IMG/VR virus record: IMGVR_UViG_3300029922_000001
Coordinates: 377,499-441,498 of that record
Length of the DNA: 64,000 nucleotides
Reading direction: 5' to 3' (one strand)
Below are positions 20,853-31,243 of this stretch, piece after piece; the stretch's first letter is position 1, and every line of letters begins with the position of its first letter. Position numbers and translations under genes: made by a program. Under the pieces are notes generated by a model that was given only the letters and a program-made list of their open reading frames with translations, made no database searches and was not told the origin of the DNA.

Positions 20853-21215
20853 ATGTTAGTAGCAGATCCCCACGTTAAAGTAAGACCAGGAATTGAGGAT
20901 TTTGAAAATACTCCAAGCGGCTTTGATAGTTTGTTTGGTCCATCATTTCCCAACCATGTATATTTGATTGAGTACCCTGGCAATTTATATGCATTATATT
21001 TCCATAAGGGTGATCGTGGTATAGCTTGCTTTTCGTCAGAAGGTCGTGCTATAATGTACATGGATCACTTAGTTGGGGATGTTCCACCTGGGAGTAAGGT
21101 CACTAAATTAACATTAGATGATGCTTTAGATAAAGCTAAAGCTAAGGGCGATCCAATTGTTGGTATTTTCTTATTAGATAATATTGACAATCCTCAAATT
21201 CAGTATGTAGTTTAA
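20853..21215 (+). CDS. Hypothetical protein (family shared with 51073..51432)
   Basis: G(I/L)A.F.....A ... (L/F)(D/E)(D/E)A...A ... P.V...FL ..... (Y/F)V pattern in both. Confidence 0.7.
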   Translation: MLVADPHVKVRPGIEDFENTPSGFDSLFGPSFPNHVYLIEYPGNLYALYFHKGDRGIACFSSEGRAIMYMDHLVGDVPPGSKVTKLTLDDALDKAKAKGDPIVGIFLLDNIDNPQIQYVV

Positions 21216-21257
21216 CTCACTACTGAATTATAATAAGATACGGAGAAAAATAAAAAC

Positions 21258-21761
21258 ATGAATAAATTAAGTCTCGTTGCAATCGCTACACTCGCGTTGT
21301 CAGCTATGGGTTTTGCCCAAACAACAACCCAAACCACAACAACCACAACAAAGGTTGTCACGACCACAACAAATGCTAAGCCAACTGTTTATGTTGCTAA
21401 GTCAAATCAACAAGTCAAGGAACAGTCTATTGCTGTTACCACTAATTCTAATGGAATTAGTCTAACCTATCTTCATGATGGTTATCAAGGTATGGTTGGT
21501 GTAACTGGTCAAGTTACACAATTGCTTCCTCGTTTGAGCCTAGATGCTCTAGTTGTTACTCCATTGGTTAAGACAGGTACTACAAGTCAAGCTTGGGTTG
21601 GTGGTGCTTTACAGTACGATCTTTTAGGCAAGCCTCTAAGTGGTTGGTCAGTTAATCTACTTGGTGGATATAAGGGTTGGGACGTTACTCAGCCATTCTC
21701 AGCGCAAACTCTTAAATTCCAGAACTTTGTTGTTGGATTCACAGTAGGACGCCAGTTCTAA
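21258..21761 (+). CDS. Secreted or outer-membrane beta-rich protein
   Basis: Signal peptide ending GFA, Thr-rich linker, alternating beta strands, C-terminal Phe. Confidence 0.65.
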   Translation: MNKLSLVAIATLALSAMGFAQTTTQTTTTTTKVVTTTTNAKPTVYVAKSNQQVKEQSIAVTTNSNGISLTYLHDGYQGMVGVTGQVTQLLPRLSLDALVVTPLVKTGTTSQAWVGGALQYDLLGKPLSGWSVNLLGGYKGWDVTQPFSAQTLKFQNFVVGFTVGRQF

Positions 21762-21825
21762 GAACTCTTAGAGTTCTAATTTAGATTTTCGAAAATCGAA
21801 AGATTTAGAAATTCGAAAATTCGAA

Positions 21826-21865
21826 AAGACCCTAACTAGGATTATCTAGTTAGGGTCTTTGTGTT
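21826..21865 (+). terminator. Intrinsic terminator hairpin
   Basis: AAGACCCTAACTAG-GATTAT-CTAGTTAGGGTCTT followed by a T-rich tail. Confidence 0.8.
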
Positions 21866-21876
21866 TATAATAGAGT

Positions 21877-22485
21877 ATGAATGATATTGGTATTTTACCT
21901 GGAAGTATTGAAGAAAAATTTTGTCATTATATGACAACTCTTAATGGACGTGTATTTTTAGCTCAATCATTTTGTAAACGAATTAATGAAGCAATGGAGC
22001 CTTATTTAAAAGCATTAGATTGTATATTAGGTAATACTCATTTTGAGTATGCCACTAATGCAGATAGAGGTAAAGTTCTTCCATTAGTAGAAATTGCTTG
22101 TTATCCCACAGTTAAATTTGATGATAAAGAGAACTGGGTAAAGCTTTGGAATAATCATGGTGTAGAAAGAGTTAAGAATTCTTTATTAAGACAATTATTA
22201 GCTAAGTTTACTGAAGCTGCAAATAAAGCTGGTTATGAAATTAATTTTTCAGATGCGGAAACTATCACTACTGATGAAATTGTCAAAAATTCACAATTAG
22301 GAATGAGTGGTAAAATCCACATTAATGAAATTACTTGTTTACCTGCTGATTCTCAAGGTGGAATTAAAGAACATTACAATGATGAAACAGGTGAATTAAT
22401 ATGGCGTAGTGAAACCCCACGTCCTGCAACATTAGGTCATGTTAATTATTTTGAGGTTGGAATTATTATAGAGGATAAAAAATAA
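21877..22485 (+). CDS. Hypothetical protein
   Basis: 202-aa ORF starting just after TATAAT. Confidence 0.7.
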   Translation: MNDIGILPGSIEEKFCHYMTTLNGRVFLAQSFCKRINEAMEPYLKALDCILGNTHFEYATNADRGKVLPLVEIACYPTVKFDDKENWVKLWNNHGVERVKNSLLRQLLAKFTEAANKAGYEINFSDAETITTDEIVKNSQLGMSGKIHINEITCLPADSQGGIKEHYNDETGELIWRSETPRPATLGHVNYFEVGIIIEDKK

Positions 22486-22778
22486 TGGAATTATTTGGAT
22501 TTTTAGCTAGAAAGAATAGATGGTCAAAAGAAACATTTCCAACAGTTACTGTTGATGGTGTTCTCAATCATATTGTAGAAGAGATAAAAGAGATTAAAGC
22601 TAAACCTGATGACTTAGAAGAATGGATTGATTTAATACTATTAGCATTTGATGGAGTACATAGGGCAGGTTTCACGCCTCATGAGTTAATTAAAATGTTA
22701 GAGTATAAGCAAGATAAGAACACTAAGCGCAATTGGAATGCGGTTAATTCAGAAGGTTATCATAAACACGTTGAGTAA
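22485..22778 (+). CDS. dATP/dGTP pyrophosphohydrolase domain protein (DUF550, MazG-like)
   Basis: WSKETF....GVLNHI.EE..EI...P.DLEEWIDLILLAFDG..RAG......L..K..KN..R.W. Confidence 0.85.
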   Translation: MELFGFLARKNRWSKETFPTVTVDGVLNHIVEEIKEIKAKPDDLEEWIDLILLAFDGVHRAGFTPHELIKMLEYKQDKNTKRNWNAVNSEGYHKHVE

Positions 22779-22873
22779 TAAGTGTATAGATAAAATCATT
22801 TAGGGGAAATGGGGAAACTCATTCATCTTCATCCCTTTCCGACCATCCCAGAATACTAATAGCTAGAGCTTCC

Positions 22874-22993
22874 CTAATTTTTACAATTGGTTACGTATCG
22901 TGCATCTTTAAGTAAAATAGCAGTAGATCCTACCACATTAGATGGTTCCAATAGATCATAGAGTCTCTGAAGTTTTTTTAGTTGTTCGTTCAT
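22874..22993 (-). CDS. Putative 39-aa small protein behind the only minus-strand copy of the repeated promoter
   Basis: MNEQLKKLQRLYDLLEPSNVVGSTAILLKDARYVTNCKN; ATG 6 nt after TATACT (23005-23000). Below the ORF track cutoff. Confidence 0.55.
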   Translation of the reverse strand: MNEQLKKLQRLYDLLEPSNVVGSTAILLKDARYVTNCKN

Positions 22994-23051
22994 GATATAA
23001 GTATACCTTAATTTTGAGTGTTGGGGATTTTTAAAAAAGTCAATAAAAGTA

Positions 23052-23079
23052 TTGACAAATGATTAATTTGTGGTATACT
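23052..23079 (+). promoter_or_regulatory. sigma-70 promoter TTGACA-16-TATACT with extended TG
   Basis: TTGACA 23052-57, TG at 23071-72, TATACT 23074-79; in tandem with the CCCCAA promoter at 23128. Confidence 0.7.
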
Positions 23080-23166
23080 AAAAACAATCTCATGCGGGGA
23101 TGTTCGGAAGTCAAGGCGACTAAAGAAAATCCCCAACACAAAAATTTGAGGTATACTGGACACACA

Positions 23167-23649
23167 ATGGAAAATACTACAACTGTTACGGAAAAGTCTC
23201 GACGTGGGCGAAAGCCTCTAACCTTCATCGGTTTTCTCTCATTTGCGGATGCAAAGGCATATGTACAGGGTCTAAATATCACTTCTATCAAGGCATGGAA
23301 TGAGTGGTGCAAGACTGATGCGCGACCTGAGAGTGTACCTGCTGCTCCTGGTCTAACTTATCGTGAGGATGGTTGGGTTGGAATGCCTGATTTCCTTGGT
23401 TACACTGCTTCTGGTCGTGGTCGTCCTCTTGGTAGCAAGAACAATACAGTAGTTGATGTAGTCACTACTGAAGTTCTCAACGCTGCTGATACTTATGCTG
23501 CTTCTGTAGTTGTTGGAGATGAAGCTGCTGAAGTTGCTACTGGTGATGTTACGACTATTGAGGATGCTGTTCTTATCAATCTCATTGATAATATTCCTGA
23601 CGTAGTTGCTGAAGTTCTTGCTGAGCAAGAAGCTGCAAACGTCGCCTAA
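23167..23649 (+). CDS. AT-hook / phage-integrase-repeat-like putative DNA-binding protein with acidic tail
   Basis: RRGRKP - FLSFADAKAYVQGLNITS..AW.EWCK...RP..VPAAP...Y...GW.G..DFLG - GRGRPLGS; paralog of 45605..46111. Confidence 0.7.
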   Translation: MENTTTVTEKSRRGRKPLTFIGFLSFADAKAYVQGLNITSIKAWNEWCKTDARPESVPAAPGLTYREDGWVGMPDFLGYTASGRGRPLGSKNNTVVDVVTTEVLNAADTYAASVVVGDEAAEVATGDVTTIEDAVLINLIDNIPDVVAEVLAEQEAANVA

Positions 23650-23670
23650 TCAAGCGTAAATAACAACAAT

Positions 23671-23713
23671 AAAGTGCAAGCTAGGGATTAAAAAAATTCT
23701 CTACTTGCACTTT
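23671..23713 (+). terminator. Hairpin after 23167..23649
   Basis: AAAGTGCAAG...CTTGCACTTT. Confidence 0.6.
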
Positions 23714-23904
23714 ACTATCTCATTGGGGTATAATAATAGAAGTTATTAATTTATTAGTAACTAATCTTTATCAATGAGGATAGGGATAGCACACAAAAGA
23801 ATATGAACGACGCTCCCAGGTAAGTGAGTGTTGTCATATCAGTGTTGCACAACAATATGATTTAATTTCGATTATAAGAAGTTGGATCAAACGATAGGAG
23901 AACA

Positions 23905-24486
23905 ATGAAATTGACAAAATTTTTACCAGTGGTTGCATTATTGACATTATCTTGTGGAAGTACCTTGTCCGAAGGTCAAACACATAAATTATCATTTACT
24001 GCTCATCCAATAAAGAAAACGCATTTACTCTATGAGAAGTTAACTTCTAAAGTTGTAAAGATAGATGACCGTAAAACATTCGACAAGCGCAAGAACATTG
24101 CCAAGAAGATTGAGTTACGGTTTCGTAAGAGAGGTATTAATGACAAGAGGGCTATTATAGGCGCTTGGGTTAATGCTTGGCATGAATCTGAATTTAATCC
24201 AAAAGATGAATATTACGGTTGTAAGGGGTTATTCCAATTACTAAGTGATCATTCTGATCATTGGTTATACAATGCAGATCGCAACATAGATATTTTACTT
24301 AATGAGGAACCTTATAAGCCACGTATTGACAAGTGGTACATATGGGTAAAGAAACATCCTCATGCTTCTGTTAGAGAAGTTACAGTGAAATTTGCTACAG
24401 ATGTAGAACGCTGTGCAAAACGATTTAGAGCAAGAAGAGGGGTTACCGCTATTCATTGGATGAAGGTAATCAATTCTGAATCATAA
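23905..24486 (+). CDS. Lysozyme-like / lytic transglycosylase-fold lipoprotein
   Basis: Lipobox TLSC; AIIGAWVNAWHESEFNP (catalytic ES), KGLFQL, later F...VER; AGGAG SD. Confidence 0.65.
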   Translation: MKLTKFLPVVALLTLSCGSTLSEGQTHKLSFTAHPIKKTHLLYEKLTSKVVKIDDRKTFDKRKNIAKKIELRFRKRGINDKRAIIGAWVNAWHESEFNPKDEYYGCKGLFQLLSDHSDHWLYNADRNIDILLNEEPYKPRIDKWYIWVKKHPHASVREVTVKFATDVERCAKRFRARRGVTAIHWMKVINSES

Positions 24487-24501
24487 GACTTATAATAAGT
24501 C

Positions 24502-25187
24502 ATGAACATTGATTTATACGACGTTAAAGAATCTTCAGTGCAGCCAAATTGTATTAGAATTTGGCATCCTGAAGATCAACCTTATGATTTTCCTTTTGGA
24601 GATTATCCAAATAAAGATAGAAAATGTCTTTGGGTAATTGAGTCACCTAAAGACTTTGGTGGTTTCCCAGGTACTGAGTATTTATTCTATTCTGGTTTAG
24701 GTGGTGATACTGATAAACTAGAGATGGAAGATTCTATTATCTACTTTGTGTATGATCGTAGTAATAGAAGTGTTTGCGGTGATAATTGTCCATTTGAGAT
24801 TTCTAATGATGATTGTTGTTGTAGTATTTAAAATCCCAATAAGGAAAATCTAGGTATACTCTATTCATATGATGAATCTTTGTTTGAGGCAGAATAATGA
24901 TTAGAGTGACCTTTGAAATTCCTGATGGGAATTTTGTAATCCCCAAGAAACAAAAGGTATATACAAAAGGTGGTGGACAACACATGAAAGATGATGCTTT
25001 GTGTGGTGTTATCCAACATATAGATGAATATCTTAATTCGGCTAAAACATATCAACTTCTACAAGCAATGAAATGGTTAGCTAACGATAGTGTTGATAAA
25101 GAAGTGCGTGATGACATGGCTAAAATGCATACTGATATGTATGAACGCATGAAGGATCTTACAATTCTTAGAATTGAAGTCGATTAA
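24502..25187 (+). other. Hypothetical ORFs 24502..24831 and 24897..25187
   Basis: Starts follow -10 hexamers. Confidence 0.65.
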
Positions 25188-25271
25188 TAAAAATCCCCAA
25201 CACCCTGATTTGAGGTATACTAAACAAAAGGATATATCGAAATTGGGATATAGAAAAGGCGATGACAACAA

Positions 25272-26324
25272 ATGTTTAATGTAGAAAATCTTGAGAAAAT
25301 GGTTACTGAGGGATATATTCACAAGATTCCTCATGAAAATGGATTATATCATCTATTAAATTATACGCCTTTGGCTGCGTTCAAAAAGGTGTGGAATTTT
25401 GAAACTCTTAATAGTCGTGGTACGGTTATTGATAATGAATACAATATCATTTCAAAACCTATGGAAAAATTTTTTAATGATTTCGAAGTCACTGAAGGTT
25501 TAATTCCTTATCATCTTCCATTTGATGCATTTACAAAATTGGACGGTTCTTGTATCATTGTGAGACGATTAGGTGATGAACTTCTTGTGAACACTCGTGG
25601 CTCATTTAAATCACCGCAATCACAAATGGCTCATTTATTGTTAAAAGAAAAGTATAACATTAATGATTTTGATCCAAATTACACTTATATTTTCGAATAT
25701 ATCGGGTTAGAAAATCGTATTGTGGTGTTATATAAAGAAAGCGATGTTGTTCTTTTAACAATGTATGATATGCGAACATTAGAAGAAGTTGAATATGATC
25801 AATTCCCTAAACATTTCAATATTGTTAAGCGATATGATGGTCTTGATATTGAAACAATGAAATCATTAGACATTCCAAATGAAGAAGGTTTTGTTGTTAG
25901 ATTTTCTAACGGTTTCCGTATGAAACTGAAGATGAAAACTTATATGTCACTTCATGGAATTGTTACAGGATTGAGTTCTAGAAAAGTTTGGGAATTAATG
26001 AAAGATGGAAAATCTCTAGAAGAAATTGCATCTGCTTTACCAGATGAATTTTATGAATTCGCAACTAAAACAAAAACACAACTTCAGGATAAGTTTGATG
26101 CAATTGAAAGCAAGGTGCAGATTGCTCAGATGGGACTTGCGTTCGCAGGTTTAACTGAGCGAAAGGATAAAGCATTGTGGATTCAGGCTAATGCTAAGGA
26201 TGTTGCACCATACATGTATGCATGGCTTGATGGTAAGGATTTCACCGCTGGTATTTGGAAGTCAATCTATCCTCCATATATCAGCCCTTTTGAAGAAAGA
26301 GCTAAGTTAACAGGAGAGAACTAA
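25272..26324 (+). CDS. RNA ligase, T4 Rnl1 (RnlA)-like
   Basis: LNYT...W.....SRG.VID, KP.EKFFN, motif I KLDGS, TRGSF.S.Q, FEY....NRIVV.Y, EEGFVV, RMKLK. Confidence 0.85.
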   Translation: MFNVENLEKMVTEGYIHKIPHENGLYHLLNYTPLAAFKKVWNFETLNSRGTVIDNEYNIISKPMEKFFNDFEVTEGLIPYHLPFDAFTKLDGSCIIVRRLGDELLVNTRGSFKSPQSQMAHLLLKEKYNINDFDPNYTYIFEYIGLENRIVVLYKESDVVLLTMYDMRTLEEVEYDQFPKHFNIVKRYDGLDIETMKSLDIPNEEGFVVRFSNGFRMKLKMKTYMSLHGIVTGLSSRKVWELMKDGKSLEEIASALPDEFYEFATKTKTQLQDKFDAIESKVQIAQMGLAFAGLTERKDKALWIQANAKDVAPYMYAWLDGKDFTAGIWKSIYPPYISPFEERAKLTGEN

Positions 26325-29302
26325 TGCAACAGTGGGAATATATAATTTTAAGAATGGGCTATGTTGAACTAAGTTCAACAATTGATGAAGTGGGTAAAAA
26401 TGGTTGGGAACTAGTAAATGTAGTTAGTTTTAGTGATTCAACTGCATTAATGGCATTTTTTAAACGACCATTGGTTGTAGTTGAAGAAGTTGAAGAAAAG
26501 GCTTTAACTCACCGATCAGATAAGTTCATTTGGTATCATGATGAATCATTTTGCAATCGTGCAGATTTGGACAAGTTCGGAGATTGTCCAGTATGTAAAA
26601 TTCATCCAGATACACAATCAGTTTGTGGTAGACACAACCCAAACTATACAGAATAGGGTATAATAAAATCATCATCGCAAGAACTCTGAGATGAAATCTA
26701 AAAGCAGGTAAAAACAAAACAACATGGCATCCAATCTAAAAGCAGATTCGTATTCGTTCTTCTATCGACTTCCAAAGGACAGTCCTGACATCGCCTTGAT
26801 TCTTGAGGTACTTGAGTATTCCAAGCTTGAAGGTGGTCCAATCCCTTATCGTGTTACTCCAAAGGAAACGGTAACTGAGATTTGGCTTGACTCGACTCGT
26901 CTTGAGGATGCACGAAAGTTCGTCTATTAATTTGATTTCCCCAATGGGGGAAACCGAGGTATACTTTGCTTATGGATCGTATTAAACAGAATCGCTTAGA
27001 TAATCAGCGTGATAATTCCACCTTAGACCAAACTCAACGCAAGAGATTAATGGGAACAACACATTGGTTTGCTTTTGTTTCAGGTTGGATTAATGCAGCA
27101 GAAGCTATAGATATTCTTAATGTCTATGCACGAATTGATGAAGCTAATGCGCGTTTTGGATTTCCCCAATAAAGGAATAAAAGGTATACTCTAATCATGG
27201 ATAAACCATTTTCAGTAATTGATGAATTCGAAAACTGCTATTCTCAACATGGAACAAAAGACAAAGCACAAGACAGTATCTATGATCTAGTTGGAGTCTT
27301 TATTGGTGTTCCTTTTGAGATTACTGAAAAATTAGATTGGAATGAAGGTGGTACTAAGTTTCAATATGACAAAATGGCGGTGACACTATAATGACAGGAC
27401 TATCTAAATCTCAAATTAAACGGCTTGATAATCTCCTAGTTAGTGAAAAGGATCATCTAGGATATATCACACGTAGTGAACGTATTCTTAAACGGATTAG
27501 AGCGCGAATTGAGGAAATTCAAAGGTATTGCATTCACGAATTCAATGATGGTGAGAACGTGTGTATTCTTTGTGGGAAGAAAATTCCCCAATAAGGAAAA
27601 TCAAGGTATACTCTGATCGTGGACCCAAACTTGACCCACGGTATTTTCCCTCAAGAGTGCAATAGAACTCCTATTGGATTCATTGAATTAAAAAGGGATA
27701 ATCAAAGGCATTTATATACTTCGCTCACAAAATAGGTTGCAAATCACGAAAAGCGTGATATAATAAATCCATAAGCCGAAAGGATCGGCAAGGAGAATCT
27801 AATGGAAAACACTCTCAAACCAAATACTCAGCAACTAGGCGAAAGTCTTATTATCAGCATCAAGGGGAAGGGGTATGCAGTGACCTCTGTCGAAGAGGTT
27901 TACAATTTGTGCGCTAAGTCAGCAGCGGCAATCAAGAATGTTCTCACTGAACTTGAACGAGCTGAAAATGCACTCGAAAATGATGCTGACGAAACCGTAA
28001 TTCGAGTAACTTGGAGCAAGCCAACTCGCCGATACCCTTCGAAGCCTTGCATGGAATTGGTAAAGATCGTGTGCTTTAATTCAAGCCCAAAGTTTGCAAC
28101 CACAGTGCAGGGAGAACAAGTCGGCAGATCAACACTTTACAGAATGCCCAAAAAGGCTCGAATTGCAAACATTTTTGCAAAACGCAATGAGGCTTATTAC
28201 AAGAGAGCGGAATTGATTCAAGACAGTGCATATAATTAAATAATCCCCAATAGGGGAAACCGAGGTATACTAAGACTATGAAAAAAGCGAAGGTCGAAAA
28301 ACGAGGGAAAACCCTAATCATCAAAATTACTGTTGATCCATTTGCTGGTGGATCGCACACTACTTACAGCGGTTACGGTCTTCATGTTAAGGGAACTAGC
28401 AAGCATAATCGTGTTAGCAATCGACTTGAAGCAAGAAAGGCACAAAGGGGAGATTATGATTAAACTTACTGTAGATAAGAATTCGACAATGGCATCTATC
28501 ACTAGAAGATTGAATGCACTTTTCCCTGGAGAGGATGTTGCACTCATTTTTGATGATAAGCCAACTAAACGTCATTTTGTCTATATGGGTTCTGGTAATC
28601 ATCCAGAAGGTCATCCTTTTATGTATATTAAGAGTGATGAAGTATATAGTAAGAATTAAAAAGACCATTGTGCAAGAAACTAGAATTGTAGTTGATGTAT
28701 TTCAAGACGATCCAGAAAATACGATTTTCGAAGATATTACATTAGATGCAATACACAGAGAATTACCAGGTGTGGATTGGCTAACAGTTGATGTATACTA
28801 TGAAGTGCTTGCAAAAACAGAAGAACAAGGATAATGAAATGGCTAATATCTATGTAATCGAACGTTTATCTCTACATAACAAGGTAAGATTTACAAGTAA
28901 TGATCTAACTATAGAGCTAGACTATAATTTGAAAAATCGAAATTTGCCTGTTAGTTATGAGCAGATAATAGATGATTTAATTGAATTTAGTCCAGAATTC
29001 GAAGAAACACTACATGAGATTATCAACACCCAAAGAACTTTAGATTTTTGTTCAGGTCAGCAATTTTGGGCTGATGATATCAAACGTTTTTTAAGACGGT
29101 AAAAATGGCTTTTAGAACAGATTTAATTATTGAAGCATGTAGATTGACATTGGAAGAAATTCGAGTTCCTACCGAAGATGAACTAAAACATATTATTCCA
29201 GCTATTATTGAATATGCAAATTTTGCTCATTGTCCAATTAATGAAGTAGCACCTTCACTAATTTGTGCTACTCGTTATGCTTTACTTGAAAATCCCCAAT
29301 AG
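26324..29302 (+). other. Run of small hypothetical ORFs: 26324..26656, 26724..26930, 26972..27172, 27197..27391, 27391..27594, 27802..28239, 28278..28463, ~28456..28659, ~28838..29102, 29105..29302
   Basis: Co-directional; most are bounded by the repeated promoter. Confidence 0.65.
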
Positions 29303-29326
29303 ACAAACAAGAGGTATACTCCCAAT

Positions 29327-29812
29327 ATGAAAAGAGTGACTGAAATGAACGGCAATAGGGCTAATGGTATTCGTGGATGTAGAATCACAATTTGGGATAA
29401 CAACAGCAATATTATAGATCGTTTTGTTGTTCCTTCTATGTTTGGTGGAGTTAATTATTGCAAAAAATATCCTAATGGTATATATGGTAAAAGATTTTAT
29501 AATGCTTTAAAAGAAATCCCCAATACTGGGATTCGAGGTATACTCCCAGTATGGAGAATAGTCATGTTTCGAACTTATGCGTACATTTTAAAATTAGATG
29601 CTAATTACACAAATGGTGTTATTGATAGGGAATTCACGGAAGTATCTAATGAAGAAATTCAGTTCTTAACAAAGAAATCATCTAAGGAAAAGCCACTCAC
29701 TCCATTACAATTTAAGTTTGGTGATATGTTCACTTCTAATATCTATTTAGATGGTGATGAATACATTAACACAGAAGATGGTTTAGTTCCTATTGAAGAA
29801 ATCATTCAGTAA
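29327..29812 (+). CDS. Hypothetical protein containing an in-frame internal promoter copy (possible fusion of two cassettes)
   Basis: Codons EIPNTGIRGILP are the promoter element 29515-29544. Confidence 0.55.
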   Translation: MKRVTEMNGNRANGIRGCRITIWDNNSNIIDRFVVPSMFGGVNYCKKYPNGIYGKRFYNALKEIPNTGIRGILPVWRIVMFRTYAYILKLDANYTNGVIDREFTEVSNEEIQFLTKKSSKEKPLTPLQFKFGDMFTSNIYLDGDEYINTEDGLVPIEEIIQ

Positions 29813-29944
29813 GGGAAAGTCTCAGCGTTGAGATCTCCTTTATTTTCCCTATTTCCTTGGATGGTGTTTATCTATACACTAATTAATTGAATTATTCGAA
29901 CAATTCGAAATCCCCAATAGAAGAAATTGAGGTATACTCTGATC

Positions 29945-31180
29945 ATGAAAACAAAAACATTTTCTCGTGAAATTAGTTTAATTAAAGCAGCTAATGAAGT
30001 TTATTCTTTATGTGATAGCTACGGTATTAAAAAAGGATGTTTAGGTGCTTTTGATAAAAACATTAAGCCTTTTGGTTTAAAGAGAGAAGATCTTAAAGAA
30101 ATTTTGAAATATGTTTCTATTCAAAACAAAATTAGAACAAATAGATATAATTTAAGTTTAAAGATAAATTCTAAAAAACAGGGATATACTTTAGTTCCAA
30201 ATATAGTTAAGAAACTTAATGATTTAAAAATTAGGACTATTAGTTATAATGTTAAAAATGTTCTTAGAACATCTAATCTAAAAATTGTATTATCTAATAA
30301 CCCAAATAAGTTTAATGCAACTCATACTTCTACTACTGATTATGGTGGAAGATACCCAGAGACAACACATTATAACACTATTACAGTACCTAGTAATTGG
30401 CGACTAAGAGTGGATAAGTTAGGAATTAGTAATTTAGGTAACATGTTTACATTAGACGCTTTTCCTTGTGAAACCAAAGGTGATTTTAAATTATATTCTG
30501 CAATGTGGATTTCTCAAGGTCGTGGTTATAATTTAAATGTCCATAAAGGTTTTATTGCGGTAAAAGACAATGAATCATGTCATGCATTGACATCTAGTTC
30601 TGCTATTTCTGGATTAAAAAGAAAATTATCTTTAACTAAAGAAGAAAAATTAGCAATGGGATTAAAACTTATTAATTCATCGTTGTCAAAAAAAGTAAAA
30701 CAAAATAATCATCTTTATGTTACTCTTCAAGATGCTTATACTGTAGGTTCCTGTGATAGCGGAATTAGATCATGGTGTAATCATGTGGGTTTAAATTATT
30801 ATGATGGTAAAGCGCCGATTGAATTAGTTATGAAAGGTTATGAATTAGCACCATTATCAGAAGTTAGAAGAACACTTTTATATACACTTAGAAATTCTCC
30901 CCAATAGAAGAAATTGAGGTATACTCGAAACATGAAGATTTTTAAAGACCAATTAATTAATTTATCAGGTTGTAATCAACCTGGTAAAGTCAGAGTTATG
31001 ACTACCATTACTCAGTATGACTTGCGTTATAAGATTTTTGACGCCATTAAGGAAGAGTTAGGTTTACCTGAACTTTCTTTAGAGGTTAGTGCAATTAGCA
31101 TGGATGAAACTGGAAATTGGCATATTGATCTTAATATACCTATTGGCGTTGCAAAAGAATTAGTCGGAAATATTGCCTAG
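29945..31180 (+). other. Hypothetical ORFs 29945..30907 (very basic) and 30932..31180
   Basis: Starts moved from the TTG-AGG-TAT-ACT artefact to the ATG after the -10. Confidence 0.7.
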
Positions 31181-31243
31181 AAAATCCCCAATAAGGAAAA
31201 TTGAGGTATACTAAACACAACGAACGGAGAATACGAAAACAAA

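Noticed and set aside
23818-23827. CAGGTAAGT eukaryotic splice-donor match in a hairpin loop
   Set aside because: Expected by chance; no eukaryotic gene structure anywhere in the window.
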